64,000 nucleotides of DNA from Candidatus Limnocylindrales bacterium (GCA_035717785.1 DASTIG010000116.1:3055-67054), one strand, 5' to 3'. Numbered from the stretch's first letter, positions 45,022 to 55,727 are shown. Numbers and translations: made by a program. The notes: a model not told the origin generated them from the letters alone.

Positions 45022-45575
45022 GGTGTGCCGCCCGCACGCTCGAGAGCCAGTCGCTGGATCGCGACGACGCTCATCATGTCGGTGATCCGCCCGTCCATCG
45101 TCATCGCGAGCGCCTCGTCGAAGTGCACCCAGCGGAGCGCGATCGATTCGGTCGGTTCCGGCGAGGCGACGCCGTAGCTGAGACCCGATGCGACGAAGAG
45201 CACGGCCTGCTCGTCGGTCACGGAGTTGGACAGGTCGAGCCGGCACAGCTCGCGCCAGTCGGTGGCTTCGAGGCCAGTCTCCTCGCGTAGCTCGCGCTGG
45301 ATGCCGGCGAGAGCGGTCTCCTCTGGTGGCACACCTCCCTCCGGGATCTCCCACGAATCCCGATCGAGCGTGTACCGGTGCTGGCCGACGAGGACGATGC
45401 GGTCCTCGTCGTCGATCGCCACGACCCCGGCGGCGAGATTCTCGAAATGCACGACCCCGTAGATGCCTGGACTGCCATCCGGTCGCGTCACCTCGTCGTG
45501 CCACAACGTGATCCACGGGTTCTGATAGGCGACTCGCCGGGAGTGGCGCACGAAACGACCGTCCATGGCCGGCAT
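45018..45575 (-). CDS. NUDIX hydrolase (ADP-ribose pyrophosphatase-like)
   Basis: NUDIX box GGVPPEETALAGIQRELREETGL. Start uncertain: 45575, 45566 or 45665. Confidence 0.8.
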   Translation of the reverse strand: MPAMDGRFVRHSRRVAYQNPWITLWHDEVTRPDGSPGIYGVVHFENLAAGVVAIDDEDRIVLVGQHRYTLDRDSWEIPEGGVPPEETALAGIQRELREETGLEATDWRELCRLDLSNSVTDEQAVLFVASGLSYGVASPEPTESIALRWVHFDEALAMTMDGRITDMMSVVAIQRLALERAGGTP

Positions 45576-45621
45576 CGTCGCACGGCGCGAGCGGCGTCGT
45601 CGGGGCGTCCTGGGCGCCTCG

Positions 45622-45627
45622 TAGACT
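45622..45627 (+). promoter_or_regulatory. -10-like hexamer TAGACT, 7 nt before the CocE/NonD ATG
   Basis: Recurrent motif with no SD. Confidence 0.5.
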
Positions 45628-45634
45628 CGCGCGG

Positions 45635-47755
45635 ATGACGGATCCGCGTCCCGCGCCAGAGCCACGCTTCGACGTCGCGGTCGACTGGGACGCGCGCATC
45701 GCGGTGCGCGACGGCGTGGAGCTGTCCGCCAACATCTGGCGGCCCAGCCCGCGTCCCGGTGAGGGCGCCGGCGATGCCCTCGGCGCGGACGACGGCAGGT
45801 TCCCCGCGATCCTCGAGATGATCCCGTACGGCAAGGACAACTGGCGCCGGGCGGCGGACGTCACCCGCGGCGAATGGTTCGCTGCCCGTGGTTTCGCCCT
45901 CTGCCGGGTCGACGTCCGCGGGACCGGGTCATCGGGCGGTGTCGCGCTCGACGAGTACACCGCCGACGAGACACGGGACGGGTACGACGCGGTGGAATGG
46001 CTGGCGTCCCAGCCGTGGTGCAGCGGCTCGGTCGGGATGTGGGGCATCTCGTATGGCGGGTTCACGTCGATCCAGGTCGCGGCGCTCCGACCGCCTCACC
46101 TGCGCGCGATCGTGCCGGTCATGGCGACCGACGACCGTTATCTCGACGACATCCATTACCGCGGCGGGTGCGTGACCGTCAGCGAACTGTCGCAGTACGC
46201 GGTCAGCCAGGTCGCGATGAACGCGATGCCGCCGGACGCATCGTTCCGCGGCGCGGGCTGGCGCTATGAGTGGCGTGCCCGGCTCGACGCGACACCGCCA
46301 TGGCTGTTCGCCTGGCTGCAGCATCAGGCCGACGGGCCGTACTGGCGGCAGGGGTCGCTCGCTCCTGCCTACGACGCGATCGAGTCGGCGATCTTCAACA
46401 TCGGCGGGTGGCATGACTCGTACGTCGACCCGGCATTCCGCATGCAGGCGCTCTGCCCGGTGCCGTCGCACACCCTGGTCGGGAACTGGGTGCATTCGTG
46501 GCCCCACGCGGCGTCGCCCGGGCCGAATCTCGATGAGCTGCACGAGATCGCCCGGTTCTTCGATAGGCATCTCAACGGCGTCGACAACGGCTGGGACGAC
46601 GAGCCGTCGATCGTGTGGTTCGAGCACGAGTACGCGGAACCGGAGCCATTCCCGGCATCCCTGCCGGGCCGCTGGCGGGCAGCCCCCGCCTATCCCCATC
46701 CGGACATGGCCACACGCGCGTGGCGTTTCGGGGCGGGGGTGTTGAGCGAGACCGGCGACGAAGAGCCTGGCGTCGACAACTTCCGCCACCGACCGACGAC
46801 CGGCACGCGCGGCCCGCTGTCGTGGGGAGCCGGAGGATCCCCGAACGGGCTCGCCCGCGACCTCCGACCGGACGAGGCCGCCGGTCCGACCTACACATCC
46901 GAACCGCTAGACCAGGCTCTCGAGGTGCTCGGGGTACCGGTCATCGTCGTGCATGTCGAGGTCGACGCGCCGGTCGCTACGCTGTCCGTCCGGCTGTCCG
47001 ACGTCGCGCCCGACGGCACGTCCGCGCTCGTGAGTGCCGGTGTCCTGAACCTCACCCACCGGCGCTCGCACGATGCACCACTGGCCCTCCAGCCCGACAT
47101 GGTCGAGGAGGTGCGGATCCCGCTGCGCACAGCCGGCTACCGGTGGCAGGTCGGGCACCGGTTGCGCGTGTCGATCGCGTCGTCACTATGGCCCGTGCTG
47201 TGGCCATCGCCGTATCCGGCGACGTTCGCAGTCCACCGCGGTGGCTCGACACCTTCGCGGCTCGAACTGCCGGTCATCCCACCGGCCGGCGGTGCAGGTG
47301 AGGCGCCCGTGCCGGCTTTCCGTGGCGAGCCCCCCGAGCTTCGCTGGCCGGTCGCCGAGGCGGCCGACGGACGCGGCCCGGCAGTTACCGACCCGCCGGG
47401 CTGGCGTATCGAGGAGGACGTCCCCGCCGGCTCGGTCACAGTTCGGATCCACGATGGCGGCGAGGTCATCGTCCCGGATGGGCGCCGGCTGTACGCCGCC
47501 GAGACGCTCACCATGACCGCGTGGGACGGGGATCCGGCCCGCGCCGAGCTCGATGCCGATGTGGTCTACCGCTGGCAGGAGCGCGACGATCCCGACCGAC
47601 CGGAGGCCCTGACCCAGATCGAGATCAGGGCCATCTGCCGGCAGACCAGCACCGTGTCCGACTTCGAGCTGACGGTCCGACTCGAGGTCGATGTCGATGG
47701 CGTCCGGTTCTTCGAACGCGACTGGCACGAGACGATGCCGCGTGAGCTCGTCTGA
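45635..47755 (+). CDS. CocE/NonD-family hydrolase (peptidase S15-like)
   Basis: RVDVRGTGSSGG, nucleophile elbow GISYGG and a C-terminal beta-sandwich region. The ATG is 7 nt after TAGACT. Confidence 0.85.
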   Translation: MTDPRPAPEPRFDVAVDWDARIAVRDGVELSANIWRPSPRPGEGAGDALGADDGRFPAILEMIPYGKDNWRRAADVTRGEWFAARGFALCRVDVRGTGSSGGVALDEYTADETRDGYDAVEWLASQPWCSGSVGMWGISYGGFTSIQVAALRPPHLRAIVPVMATDDRYLDDIHYRGGCVTVSELSQYAVSQVAMNAMPPDASFRGAGWRYEWRARLDATPPWLFAWLQHQADGPYWRQGSLAPAYDAIESAIFNIGGWHDSYVDPAFRMQALCPVPSHTLVGNWVHSWPHAASPGPNLDELHEIARFFDRHLNGVDNGWDDEPSIVWFEHEYAEPEPFPASLPGRWRAAPAYPHPDMATRAWRFGAGVLSETGDEEPGVDNFRHRPTTGTRGPLSWGAGGSPNGLARDLRPDEAAGPTYTSEPLDQALEVLGVPVIVVHVEVDAPVATLSVRLSDVAPDGTSALVSAGVLNLTHRRSHDAPLALQPDMVEEVRIPLRTAGYRWQVGHRLRVSIASSLWPVLWPSPYPATFAVHRGGSTPSRLELPVIPPAGGAGEAPVPAFRGEPPELRWPVAEAADGRGPAVTDPPGWRIEEDVPAGSVTVRIHDGGEVIVPDGRRLYAAETLTMTAWDGDPARAELDADVVYRWQERDDPDRPEALTQIEIRAICRQTSTVSDFELTVRLEVDVDGVRFFERDWHETMPRELV

Positions 47756-47766
47756 CGCGGGCGGCG

Positions 47767-47772
47767 TACCGT
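47767..47772 (+). promoter_or_regulatory. -10-like hexamer TACCGT, 7 nt before GTG 47780
   Basis: Recurrent pattern with no SD. Confidence 0.4.
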
Positions 47773-47779
47773 CGCATCC

Positions 47780-48736
47780 GTGCGGCGCTCTCTCATCATC
47801 CTCGCCATCGCCGTGGTCGCGGTCGTCGTGTTCGGCTACGGGGCCGCCAGCGCGGTCGTGTGGGACCGGCTCACCCGGGTCGACGGGAACTGCCACCCGG
47901 AGTGGGCGGCGAACGACCCGACGGCCTTCAGCGATCCGGACCACCCAGACGTGGACACCGCGGCCTATGCCATGCCTGACCCCGACGATGTCAGCTTCCC
48001 GAGTCGCGACACGGCCATCAGGATCAGCGGCTGGTGGATCCCGTCGGCGGATCAGGACGCGCCGGCCGTCGTCGTCGTCCACGGGCACACCGCCTGCAAA
48101 CGAGATCACGACGTCCTGCTCCCTGCCGGCATGCTGCATCGGAATGGGTTCTCGGTCCTGCTGATCGACATGCGAGATCACGGCGACTCCACCGACGAGG
48201 ATGGCCGCTATGCGGGCGGAACCGAGGAGTACCGCGATGTCCTCGGCGCGTGGGATTGGCTCCAGTCGGCCCGCTCGGTCCCCGAGGAGCGGATCGGCCT
48301 GCTGGGGATCTCTCTCGGCGCCGCGACGGTCCTCATCGCGAGCGGGGAAGAGCCTCGGGTCGCAGCGACCTGGGAGGACTCGAGCTATGCAGACATCGGT
48401 GTGGCCATCCGAGCGGAGCTGGCACGCAACGGCTATCCGCAGTTCCTCGAGGCCGGTGGCATGGCAATGGCGCGGATGCTGAGCGGCGACGACCTGACGA
48501 CGCGCAGCCCGCTCGCGGCGGTCGGCCGGATGACGGGCCGTCGGCTCTTCATCACGCACGGCACGGATGACGGACGCCTGAGCGTCGACTACTCATCCGC
48601 GCTGATCGCGGCGGCCGAGACCGCCGACGTCGACATGACGTCATGGATCGTGCAGGGCGCCGGCCACACGGAGGCGATGTGGCTCGAGCCCGCGGCGTAC
48701 GAGCGTCACCTCACGGAGTTCTTCGCGGCCCTGTGA
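47780..48736 (+). CDS. Membrane-anchored alpha/beta hydrolase
   Basis: N-terminal TM (LIILAIAVVAVVVFGYGAA), GISLGAA elbow, C-terminal GAGH. GTG start 7 nt after TACCGT. Confidence 0.8.
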   Translation: MRRSLIILAIAVVAVVVFGYGAASAVVWDRLTRVDGNCHPEWAANDPTAFSDPDHPDVDTAAYAMPDPDDVSFPSRDTAIRISGWWIPSADQDAPAVVVVHGHTACKRDHDVLLPAGMLHRNGFSVLLIDMRDHGDSTDEDGRYAGGTEEYRDVLGAWDWLQSARSVPEERIGLLGISLGAATVLIASGEEPRVAATWEDSSYADIGVAIRAELARNGYPQFLEAGGMAMARMLSGDDLTTRSPLAAVGRMTGRRLFITHGTDDGRLSVDYSSALIAAAETADVDMTSWIVQGAGHTEAMWLEPAAYERHLTEFFAAL

Positions 48737-48832
48737 CAGGTCACGACCGAGCATTTTCGGAGAAGCCGCCGCCGCGGCGGTTCACTAGCATGAGGGTCAC
48801 CCCAATCAAGACGCCCAGAGGAGGAACCTCCG

Positions 48833-49291
48833 ATGAAGGACCCGCAGAAGTCCGCCAAGAGCAAAACCGCGACCAAAACGACGTCCAAGAGATTCTCGGA
48901 CGAGGAACGAGACGCGATGAAGGAGCGCGCCAAGGAGCTGAAGGCGGCCACGAGCAAGGCGGAAGACGAAAAGGCCGTGCTCGCGAAGATCGCCGAGATG
49001 CCGGGATCGGATCGCGTCATGGCCGAGCGGCTCCATTCGATCATCAAGGCCAGCGCGCCGGCCCTCTCGCCAAAGACCTGGTACGGGATGCCCGCGTATG
49101 CCAAAGACGGCAAGATCGTCTGTTTCTTCACACCTGCGGACAAGTTCAAGTCGCGGTACGCGACGTTCGGCTTCAACGACGACGCGAACCTCGACGACGG
49201 CACCATGTGGCCGACCTCCTTCGCTCTGACCAAGGTGACCGCCGCCGACGAGAAAAGGATCGGCGCGCTCGTGAAGAAGGCGGTGAGCTGA
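48833..49291 (+). CDS. YdhG-like / DUF1801 family protein
   Basis: Lys-rich N-terminal tail followed by [46 protein letters not shown]. Confidence 0.65.
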   Translation: MKDPQKSAKSKTATKTTSKRFSDEERDAMKERAKELKAATSKAEDEKAVLAKIAEMPGSDRVMAERLHSIIKASAPALSPKTWYGMPAYAKDGKIVCFFTPADKFKSRYATFGFNDDANLDDGTMWPTSFALTKVTAADEKRIGALVKKAVS

Positions 49292-49319
49292 AGGACTGAG
49301 CTCGCCACTGGGCGACCGC

Positions 49320-49325
49320 TAGACT
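49320..49325 (+). promoter_or_regulatory. -10-like hexamer TAGACT, 6 nt before the aminotransferase GTG
   Basis: Recurrent motif with no SD. Confidence 0.5.
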
Positions 49326-49331
49326 GCGCCC

Positions 49332-50495
49332 GTGCTGCGCATCAGCCGGAAGGCCGAGTCATTCACCGAGTCGGTCATCCGCGAGATGAACCGCGTGGCG
49401 GTCGCGCACGGCGCGGTCAGCCTGGCGCAAGGCTTTCCTGACTTCGCCTGTCCGCCTGAGCTCAAGCGGGCCGTCGCCGAGGCCGTCGACGCCGACATCA
49501 ACCAGTACGCGATCACCTGGGGCGCGAAGCCGCTGCGCGACGCGATCGCCGAGTCGACGCCCCGCCACTTCCCCGGTTTCGGCTCGATCGACCCCGAGAC
49601 ACAGGTCACCGTGACGTGCGGCGCGACCGAGGCGATGATCGCCGCGATGCTCGGCCTGCTCGACCCGGGCGACGAGGTCGTGATCTTCGAGCCGTACTAC
49701 GAGAACTACGCGCCGGACGCGATCCTGTCGGATGCCGTGCCGCGCTACGTCACGCTGCACGAGCCCGACTGGTCGATCGACCCCGATGAGCTGCGCCGGG
49801 CCTTCGGGCCGCGAACACGCGGGATCGTGGTCAACTCCCCGCACAACCCGACCGGCAAAGTGTTCTCCCGCGCGGAGCTGGAGCTCATCGCAGAGCTGTG
49901 CGTCGAGCACGACGTCATCGCCTTCACCGACGATATCTACGAGCACCTGGTCTACGACGGCGAGCACATCCCGCTCGCGACGCTCCCCGGGATGGCCGAG
50001 CGGACCGTCAGCATCCATTCGATGTCGAAGACCTACTCCGTCACGGGCTGGCGCATCGGCTGGACCATCGCCTCGCCCGCACTGTCCCTGGGCATCCGCC
50101 GCGTCCACGACTTCCTGACCGTCGGCGCAGCCGCGCCGCTCCAGGCGGCCGCCGTCACCGCGCTGTGCTTCCCCGACGCGTACTATCGCGACCTGCTCGC
50201 CGCATACCGCGAACGGCGTGACCTCCTGGTGCCGGCTCTCCGGGCGGCGGGTTTCCGCGTCCACGAGCCGAGCGGGGCGTATTACGTGATGACCGACATC
50301 CGCGACCTCGCCAGGGAGGGTGAGGACGACGTCACGTTCGCCCATCGCCTGATCCGCGACCCAGGTGTTGCGGCCGTCCCGGGGTCCTCGTTCTACTCGC
50401 GACCGGAGCTCGGGCGGACGAAGTTGCGCTTCGCGTTTCCGAAGAGGATCGAGACGCTCCAGGCGGCGGCGGAGCGCCTGGCACGGCTGGCCTGA
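49332..50495 (+). CDS. Class I/II pyridoxal-phosphate aminotransferase
   Basis: NSPHNPTG and SMSKTYSVTGWRIGW (PLP lysine). GTG start 6 nt after TAGACT. Confidence 0.9.
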   Translation: MLRISRKAESFTESVIREMNRVAVAHGAVSLAQGFPDFACPPELKRAVAEAVDADINQYAITWGAKPLRDAIAESTPRHFPGFGSIDPETQVTVTCGATEAMIAAMLGLLDPGDEVVIFEPYYENYAPDAILSDAVPRYVTLHEPDWSIDPDELRRAFGPRTRGIVVNSPHNPTGKVFSRAELELIAELCVEHDVIAFTDDIYEHLVYDGEHIPLATLPGMAERTVSIHSMSKTYSVTGWRIGWTIASPALSLGIRRVHDFLTVGAAAPLQAAAVTALCFPDAYYRDLLAAYRERRDLLVPALRAAGFRVHEPSGAYYVMTDIRDLAREGEDDVTFAHRLIRDPGVAAVPGSSFYSRPELGRTKLRFAFPKRIETLQAAAERLARLA

Positions 50496-50502
50496 TCCAC
50501 TC

Positions 50503-52047
50503 TCAGCCGGCCTTCGGAACGGCCGGGACCACGTCCCGGACGATCCCCGCGATGGCGCTCCGCGCCTCGGGCCGGTCGTAGCGGAGCAACGGGTCGGGCT
50601 CTATGTTCCTCTCGCGGATATCACCCGCCATCCGCGTATACAGGACCGGGTAGATCGCCCCCGTGCCGTCGGCCTCGAGAGTGACCGCGATTGCGTTCGA
50701 CCCGCCCGCATCGAGGAAGTGGGTCAAGGGTTCGACGCCGTCGTCGACGACCCCGGCATCTGGATCGAGCGTGAAGACGCGCGCGAGATACGCACGCTGG
50801 TGCCAGAGCTCCGGCGCGATCGATAGCTCGGTCGCGATGGTCGCCGCCAGATCGTCCGGGGCGATCCGGGGCCGGTCGATCTGCTTGCCGAAGCGGACAG
50901 CGGCCATCCGGCGCGCCAGCACCATCGCGTTATAGCGGGCCCCGTGGACGGCGCCGGAATTTGCAGGCACGCCGTGCTTCACAAGGCCCTTGGCGGCCTG
51001 CCCGATCGTGCCGGCGAAGTACACACCGGGGAGGGTCGTGCTCTCCCACCACGGCGTGACGAGCGGCAGCCGGGCGCGGCCGCTGATCGAGCAACCGATC
51101 TCGGGCAGATCCAGGATCGGCGTCACGAACCCGGTCGCCGAGATGACGTCGTCGACTTCGAGCGCGAGCCCGTCGCCCGTGTCGCTGCGTCGCACCCGGA
51201 CCGTCAGGCTGCCATCGCCTCCTTCGGTCCGCTCGATCCGGTCGAGCGCGGCGTCGAGCACCGCGACACCGCCGCCGAGGACATGGTCCTCGTAGGGCTG
51301 CACGTAGCGCGCCCTGACGCCGGCCAACGACCGGGTCTGCACTGAGAACTTGGCCGGCGAAGGCGACACCAGCACGATCTCGCGAGCCCACGGCAGCAGG
51401 CCGTTGGCCAGCTCGAATCCGGAGTTCTGCTTGCCCAGCATCAGCACCCGATGCCCGGCATACGTCTCCGCTGGCCGGACCGCGGCGTAGTGGTGGGTCA
51501 GCTCCATGCCGATCCCGGGCGGCGAGAATGGCTGGGCCACGCCGACCGCCACGACCAGCGCCTGAGCGCGGTAGTCGCCGTCGGTCGTGGACACGATGAA
51601 ACCCGGGCCGTCCGCGTCATCGACATTCCGGGTGGCGGTCCAGCGGCACTCGTACCGGACGTCGATGTGCGCCCGTTCGGCGAAGCGGCCGAGGTTCGCC
51701 TCCATCTCCGGGCGCGACGGGAAGTACGAAGTGCCATCCATCAGGTCGGGCTGAAGAGCCCGGGCCTCGGGCTCGTCCGCCAGCAGGCTGTTCCAGTCGT
51801 AGCGCTCGTACGCGCGTGAACCCCGCTCGGCTGGGGCGTGGGGCTTGGTCCACGACAGCAGCCGTTGGAAATGGGGCCAGCGCCGGAACATCCCGCCCGG
51901 CGCCGGGTCCTCGGAGATCACGGCATGGGCGATACCCTCCCGGCGGAGCGCGTACGAGGCCTGCAGGCCGCCGGGCCCGGAGCCGATGACCACGACCGGA
52001 TACGTCCCGGGCGGGAACGGACGCGTTGGCTCGGTCACGCCCCCCAT
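50503..52047 (-). CDS. NAD(P)/FAD-dependent oxidoreductase (CzcO/flavin-monooxygenase-like)
   Basis: VVVIGSGPGGLQASY and a second dinucleotide motif MLGKQNSGFE. Its start overlaps the 3' end of the cNMP-binding gene by 13 nt. Confidence 0.75.
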   Translation of the reverse strand: MGGVTEPTRPFPPGTYPVVVIGSGPGGLQASYALRREGIAHAVISEDPAPGGMFRRWPHFQRLLSWTKPHAPAERGSRAYERYDWNSLLADEPEARALQPDLMDGTSYFPSRPEMEANLGRFAERAHIDVRYECRWTATRNVDDADGPGFIVSTTDGDYRAQALVVAVGVAQPFSPPGIGMELTHHYAAVRPAETYAGHRVLMLGKQNSGFELANGLLPWAREIVLVSPSPAKFSVQTRSLAGVRARYVQPYEDHVLGGGVAVLDAALDRIERTEGGDGSLTVRVRRSDTGDGLALEVDDVISATGFVTPILDLPEIGCSISGRARLPLVTPWWESTTLPGVYFAGTIGQAAKGLVKHGVPANSGAVHGARYNAMVLARRMAAVRFGKQIDRPRIAPDDLAATIATELSIAPELWHQRAYLARVFTLDPDAGVVDDGVEPLTHFLDAGGSNAIAVTLEADGTGAIYPVLYTRMAGDIRERNIEPDPLLRYDRPEARSAIAGIVRDVVPAVPKAG

Positions 52048-52457
52048 CGGTTCGCCGCCCGTAGCCGGCGGGCCTGCGCCTGGAGCATCCGGAACATGAC
52101 CTTGGGGTGGCTGATCATGAACGGCTCGACCTGACTCCCCGCGAGGACGAGGCACGACAGCTGACGCGTGGCCACCACGTCCGCGATCGATGGCACGCCG
52201 AGCAGGATCGACACCTCGCCGAAAAAGTCGCCGCGAGCCAGCCGCGCCCGTTCGGTGCCATCGACAGTGACCACGGCCTCGCCCTCGACGATCACGTAGA
52301 ACCCCGAGCCCGACAGGCCCTGATGGAGGATCGTCTCGCCCTCGGCGAACATCCGCTCATCGAAGATGTGGATGATCGCCTCGAGCTGAGGTGCCTTGAG
52401 GTCGGAGAAGAGCCCGAACCCAGAGATCGCGTCGATCAGCTCGTCCCGGTCAGCCAT
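52035..52457 (-). CDS. Stand-alone cyclic-nucleotide-binding domain protein
   Basis: 140 aa CAP_ED fold (GLFSDL ... GETILHQG ... GFYVIVEGEA ... GDFFGEVSIL). The phosphate-binding position reads PSIADV, with no Arg. Confidence 0.8.
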   Translation of the reverse strand: MADRDELIDAISGFGLFSDLKAPQLEAIIHIFDERMFAEGETILHQGLSGSGFYVIVEGEAVVTVDGTERARLARGDFFGEVSILLGVPSIADVVATRQLSCLVLAGSQVEPFMISHPKVMFRMLQAQARRLRAANRWGA

Positions 52458-52518
52458 GCGCGCATCGTGCCATCCTTGACGCTCCGCCGTCACGCAGCGC
52501 AGCATCACGAGGTCCACG

Positions 52519-52959
52519 ATGGAGACCGGCATGACGCTCACCCACGACCACCGGACCGACCTGCTGGCGCGCGCCCCACTGTTTGCCGGCGTCGATCCCG
52601 AAGGCATCGCGCGGATCGCCAGCCGGGTCGTCGAGGTCGAGTTCCCGAAGGACCACGTGATCGCCCGTCAGGGCGATGTCGGGACGGGATTCTTCCTCGT
52701 GGCGAGTGGCAGCGTGCGCGTCGTGCGGGACGGTGAGACCATCGCGAAGCTCGGCCCGGGCGACTTCTTCGGAGAGCTGTCTGTCCTCGACGGTCAGCCG
52801 CGCATCGCCCAGGTCATCGCGGACGAGCCGACCGTCTGTCTGGCTCTCGCGAGCTGGGACTTCGAGGCCGTCGTCAAGGAGCAACCCGCGGTCGCGCTCG
52901 CGATCCTGCGCGGGCTGGCCGGCCGTCTTCGCGACCTGACCGAGGCCCACCGACACTGA
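52519..52959 (+). CDS. Stand-alone cyclic-nucleotide-binding domain protein
   Basis: 146 aa CAP_ED fold (PLFAGVD ... GFFLVASGSVRV ... GDFFGELSVLDGQPRIAQVIA). Confidence 0.85.
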   Translation: METGMTLTHDHRTDLLARAPLFAGVDPEGIARIASRVVEVEFPKDHVIARQGDVGTGFFLVASGSVRVVRDGETIAKLGPGDFFGELSVLDGQPRIAQVIADEPTVCLALASWDFEAVVKEQPAVALAILRGLAGRLRDLTEAHRH

Positions 52960-52979
52960 CCACCCGACCCGACACGCCG

Positions 52980-55727
52980 ATGCGCGAGGTCCCGGGATCG
53001 CCGACAGGCACCGTCACGTGCCTGTTCTCGGACATCGAGGGGTCGACCAAGCTCGAGCTGGCGCTCGGGACCGGCCCCTATCGGGACGTGCTCGAGCGGC
53101 ATCGCATGCTCTTGCGCGAGGCCTTCCGGGCTCATGACGGCCACGAGCAGTCGACCGAAGGAGACTCGTTCTTCGTCCTCTTCCGGCGGGCTATCGATGG
53201 CGTGTCGGCGGCGGTCGATGGGCAGCGCGCGATCGCGGCGGAGCCGTGGCCCGAGGCCGCCGAGGTCCGGGTGCGGATGGGTCTCCACACCGGTGAGGTC
53301 CAGTCGACCGGGGGCGACGTCATCGGCTACGCCATCAATCGGACGGCGCGCATCGCCGCATTGGCGCACGGCGGCCAGGTCCTCCTCAGCGATGCGACGC
53401 GGGCCCTCGTGACTGATGCTCTGCCGGACAGCGTCGGCTTGCGCGATATGGGCCCACATCGGCTGAAGGACCTTCGCGAGCCCGAGCGGCTGACCCAGCT
53501 CGTCGTCGAAGGCCTGCCGGACGACTTCCCCGCTCTCCGGTCGCTCGATGCGCGGCCCAACAACCTCCCGACGCAGCTGACGACGTTCGTCGGGCGCGAG
53601 CGCGAGCTCGGCGAGGCGGGGGATCTTCTGCGAACGACACGAGTCTTGAGCCTTACGGGTCCGGGCGGGACGGGCAAGACCCGGCTGTCGCTCCAGGTCG
53701 CAGCCTCAGCGGCGGATGACTTCCCCGACGGGATCTGGTTCGTGGCCCTCGACGCGGTGCGCGACCCGACGTTGGTGGCGCCATCGATCGCGCGGACCCT
53801 TGGCCTCAACGACAACCAATCGCAGAGCGCAGTCGACCGGCTGGCCGCCGAGATCGGCGATCGCCGGGTCTTGCTCGTCCTCGACAACTTCGAGCAGGTG
53901 ACGGCGGCGGGACCGGATGTCGCCGACCTGCTGCGGCGCTGCCCGAACGTGAGATGCCTCGTCACGACGCGCATCCCGCTGCGGATCTCGGGGGAGCAGG
54001 AGTACCCGGTGCCGGGCCTGCCTGCGCCGCCCGACACCCGCCGCCTGTCCGAGGTCGAGCGCCTCAACCTGCCGCGCGCCCTGCGCGAGTTCGATCTCGA
54101 GGCATTGACCCAGTTCGAGGCGGTCCGGCTGTTCATCACGCGGGCGACCGCCGTCCGACCGGCCTTCGCCGTCACGAACGCCAATGCGCCCGCGGTGGCC
54201 GGGATCGCGGCGCGCCTGCACGGGATGCCGCTTGCCATCGAGCTCGCCGCGGCGCGGGTCAAGCTCCTGACGCCGGAACAGATCCTGGCCAGGCTCGAGC
54301 ATCACCTCGAGCTGCTGACGGTCGGATCCCGCGACGTCCCGGAGCGCCAGCAGACGCTGCGCGGCGCGATCGCCTGGAGCTACGACCTGCTGGACGACGG
54401 GGCACGGCGGCTCGTCGACCGGCTGTCGGTGTTCCGCGGCGGTTTCGACCTGGAGATGGCCGAGACGGTGTGCGGCCCGTCGGACGAGATCGGCAGCGAT
54501 GTCGTCGAGCTCATCGGCGAGCTCCTCGACCAGAGCCTCGTGCGTCTCGACGAGACGACCGACGAACCGCGCTTCGCGATGCTGGAGACCATCCGCGAGT
54601 ACGCCGCCGAGATGCTGCAACAACGGGGCGAGTCCGATGTGATGGCGGCGCGGCACGCGGCGGCGATGCTGGACCTGGCGCAGCGGGCGGCACCCCACCT
54701 GTCGGGCACGGAACAGCGCGTTTGGCTGGAGCGCCTGGAACGAGAGCACGACAACCTCCGGGCGGCACTCGACTGGGCAACGGCCCGCCCCGAACCGACC
54801 CTCGGGGCCCGCCTTTCATTCGCGCTGTGGCGCTTCTGGCAGCAGCGTGGCTACCTCAACGAGGGGCGCGCCCGCATCGAGGCGATGGCAACGCAGGGCT
54901 GGCACCTCGAGCCGATCGACCGCGCCCGGTTCGCAGAGGCCGCCGGTGGCATCGCCTACTGGCAGTCGGACGAGGTCGCTTCGACACGCTGGTACCAGGA
55001 AGCGCTCGACATCTGGCGTGAGCTCGGGGACAAGGGCGAGATCGCGAATGCCTTGTATAACCGCTCCTACGCCGACGCCATCGAGATCATGCGCGGCGGC
55101 CCGGCGACGCCGAAGGTTGGGGAGGGACGGGCCCGACTTGAGGCAGCGCTGGAGCTCTACCGAGAGATCGGCGATGCCAATGGCGAGGCCAACGTGGTAT
55201 GGGGCCTTGGCAGCTTCTACTACTTCGGTGCCGACGCGCCGCAGGCCGAGGACTGGTATCGCAAGGCCCTCAAGATGCATCGCGTGGCCGGCAACCGGAC
55301 GATGGAGGCGTGGTCGCTCCACATGCTCGGCCTGTCGGTCACCGGTCAACGCCGTTGGAAGGAGGCGACCGAGTTGGCCCGTCAGGCCCTTCAGCATTTC
55401 CACGAGGCCGGCGATGTCTCGGGCGTGATCCTCGTCCTCGACGACCTGTCGATCATAGCGACGGGTCTCGAGGACTTCGAGCGGGCAGGGAGGCTGTGGG
55501 GCGCGGCCCGCCACTTCCAGCGGCGGACCGGCACGGAGCTTGCCGACTACGTCGAGCAGACGCAGATGCTCTTCGGCGTCTCGACCCCACCACAGGTCCT
55601 CTCGGCCGAGAAGTTGGGGGTCCTGGCCGCCGAAGGGGCGGCGATGTCACTCGACGAGGTCGTGGCGTATGCCCTTGGGACCGCTGGCGGTGTGCCGCCA
55701 ACGGCGCACGCGGAGGTCGGATCATGA
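52980..55727 (+). CDS. Class III adenylate/guanylate cyclase fused to STAND (NB-ARC-like) ATPase and TPR repeats
   Basis: Cyclase motifs FSDIEGST, GDSFFVLF, RMGLHTGE, NRTARI. P-loop LTGPGGTGKTRL. C-terminal TPR-like repeats (W..AL.I.RELGD type). No C-terminal HTH. Confidence 0.9.
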   Translation: MREVPGSPTGTVTCLFSDIEGSTKLELALGTGPYRDVLERHRMLLREAFRAHDGHEQSTEGDSFFVLFRRAIDGVSAAVDGQRAIAAEPWPEAAEVRVRMGLHTGEVQSTGGDVIGYAINRTARIAALAHGGQVLLSDATRALVTDALPDSVGLRDMGPHRLKDLREPERLTQLVVEGLPDDFPALRSLDARPNNLPTQLTTFVGRERELGEAGDLLRTTRVLSLTGPGGTGKTRLSLQVAASAADDFPDGIWFVALDAVRDPTLVAPSIARTLGLNDNQSQSAVDRLAAEIGDRRVLLVLDNFEQVTAAGPDVADLLRRCPNVRCLVTTRIPLRISGEQEYPVPGLPAPPDTRRLSEVERLNLPRALREFDLEALTQFEAVRLFITRATAVRPAFAVTNANAPAVAGIAARLHGMPLAIELAAARVKLLTPEQILARLEHHLELLTVGSRDVPERQQTLRGAIAWSYDLLDDGARRLVDRLSVFRGGFDLEMAETVCGPSDEIGSDVVELIGELLDQSLVRLDETTDEPRFAMLETIREYAAEMLQQRGESDVMAARHAAAMLDLAQRAAPHLSGTEQRVWLERLEREHDNLRAALDWATARPEPTLGARLSFALWRFWQQRGYLNEGRARIEAMATQGWHLEPIDRARFAEAAGGIAYWQSDEVASTRWYQEALDIWRELGDKGEIANALYNRSYADAIEIMRGGPATPKVGEGRARLEAALELYREIGDANGEANVVWGLGSFYYFGADAPQAEDWYRKALKMHRVAGNRTMEAWSLHMLGLSVTGQRRWKEATELARQALQHFHEAGDVSGVILVLDDLSIIATGLEDFERAGRLWGAARHFQRRTGTELADYVEQTQMLFGVSTPPQVLSAEKLGVLAAEGAAMSLDEVVAYALGTAGGVPPTAHAEVGS

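Noticed and set aside
45022-46065. Upstream extension of the 739-aa minus-strand ORF 43846-46065
   Set aside because: It overlaps the NUDIX and CocE/NonD genes in other frames or strands. The oxidase's dinucleotide-binding N-terminus starts at GTG 45021, with a GTGA overlap to the NUDIX stop.
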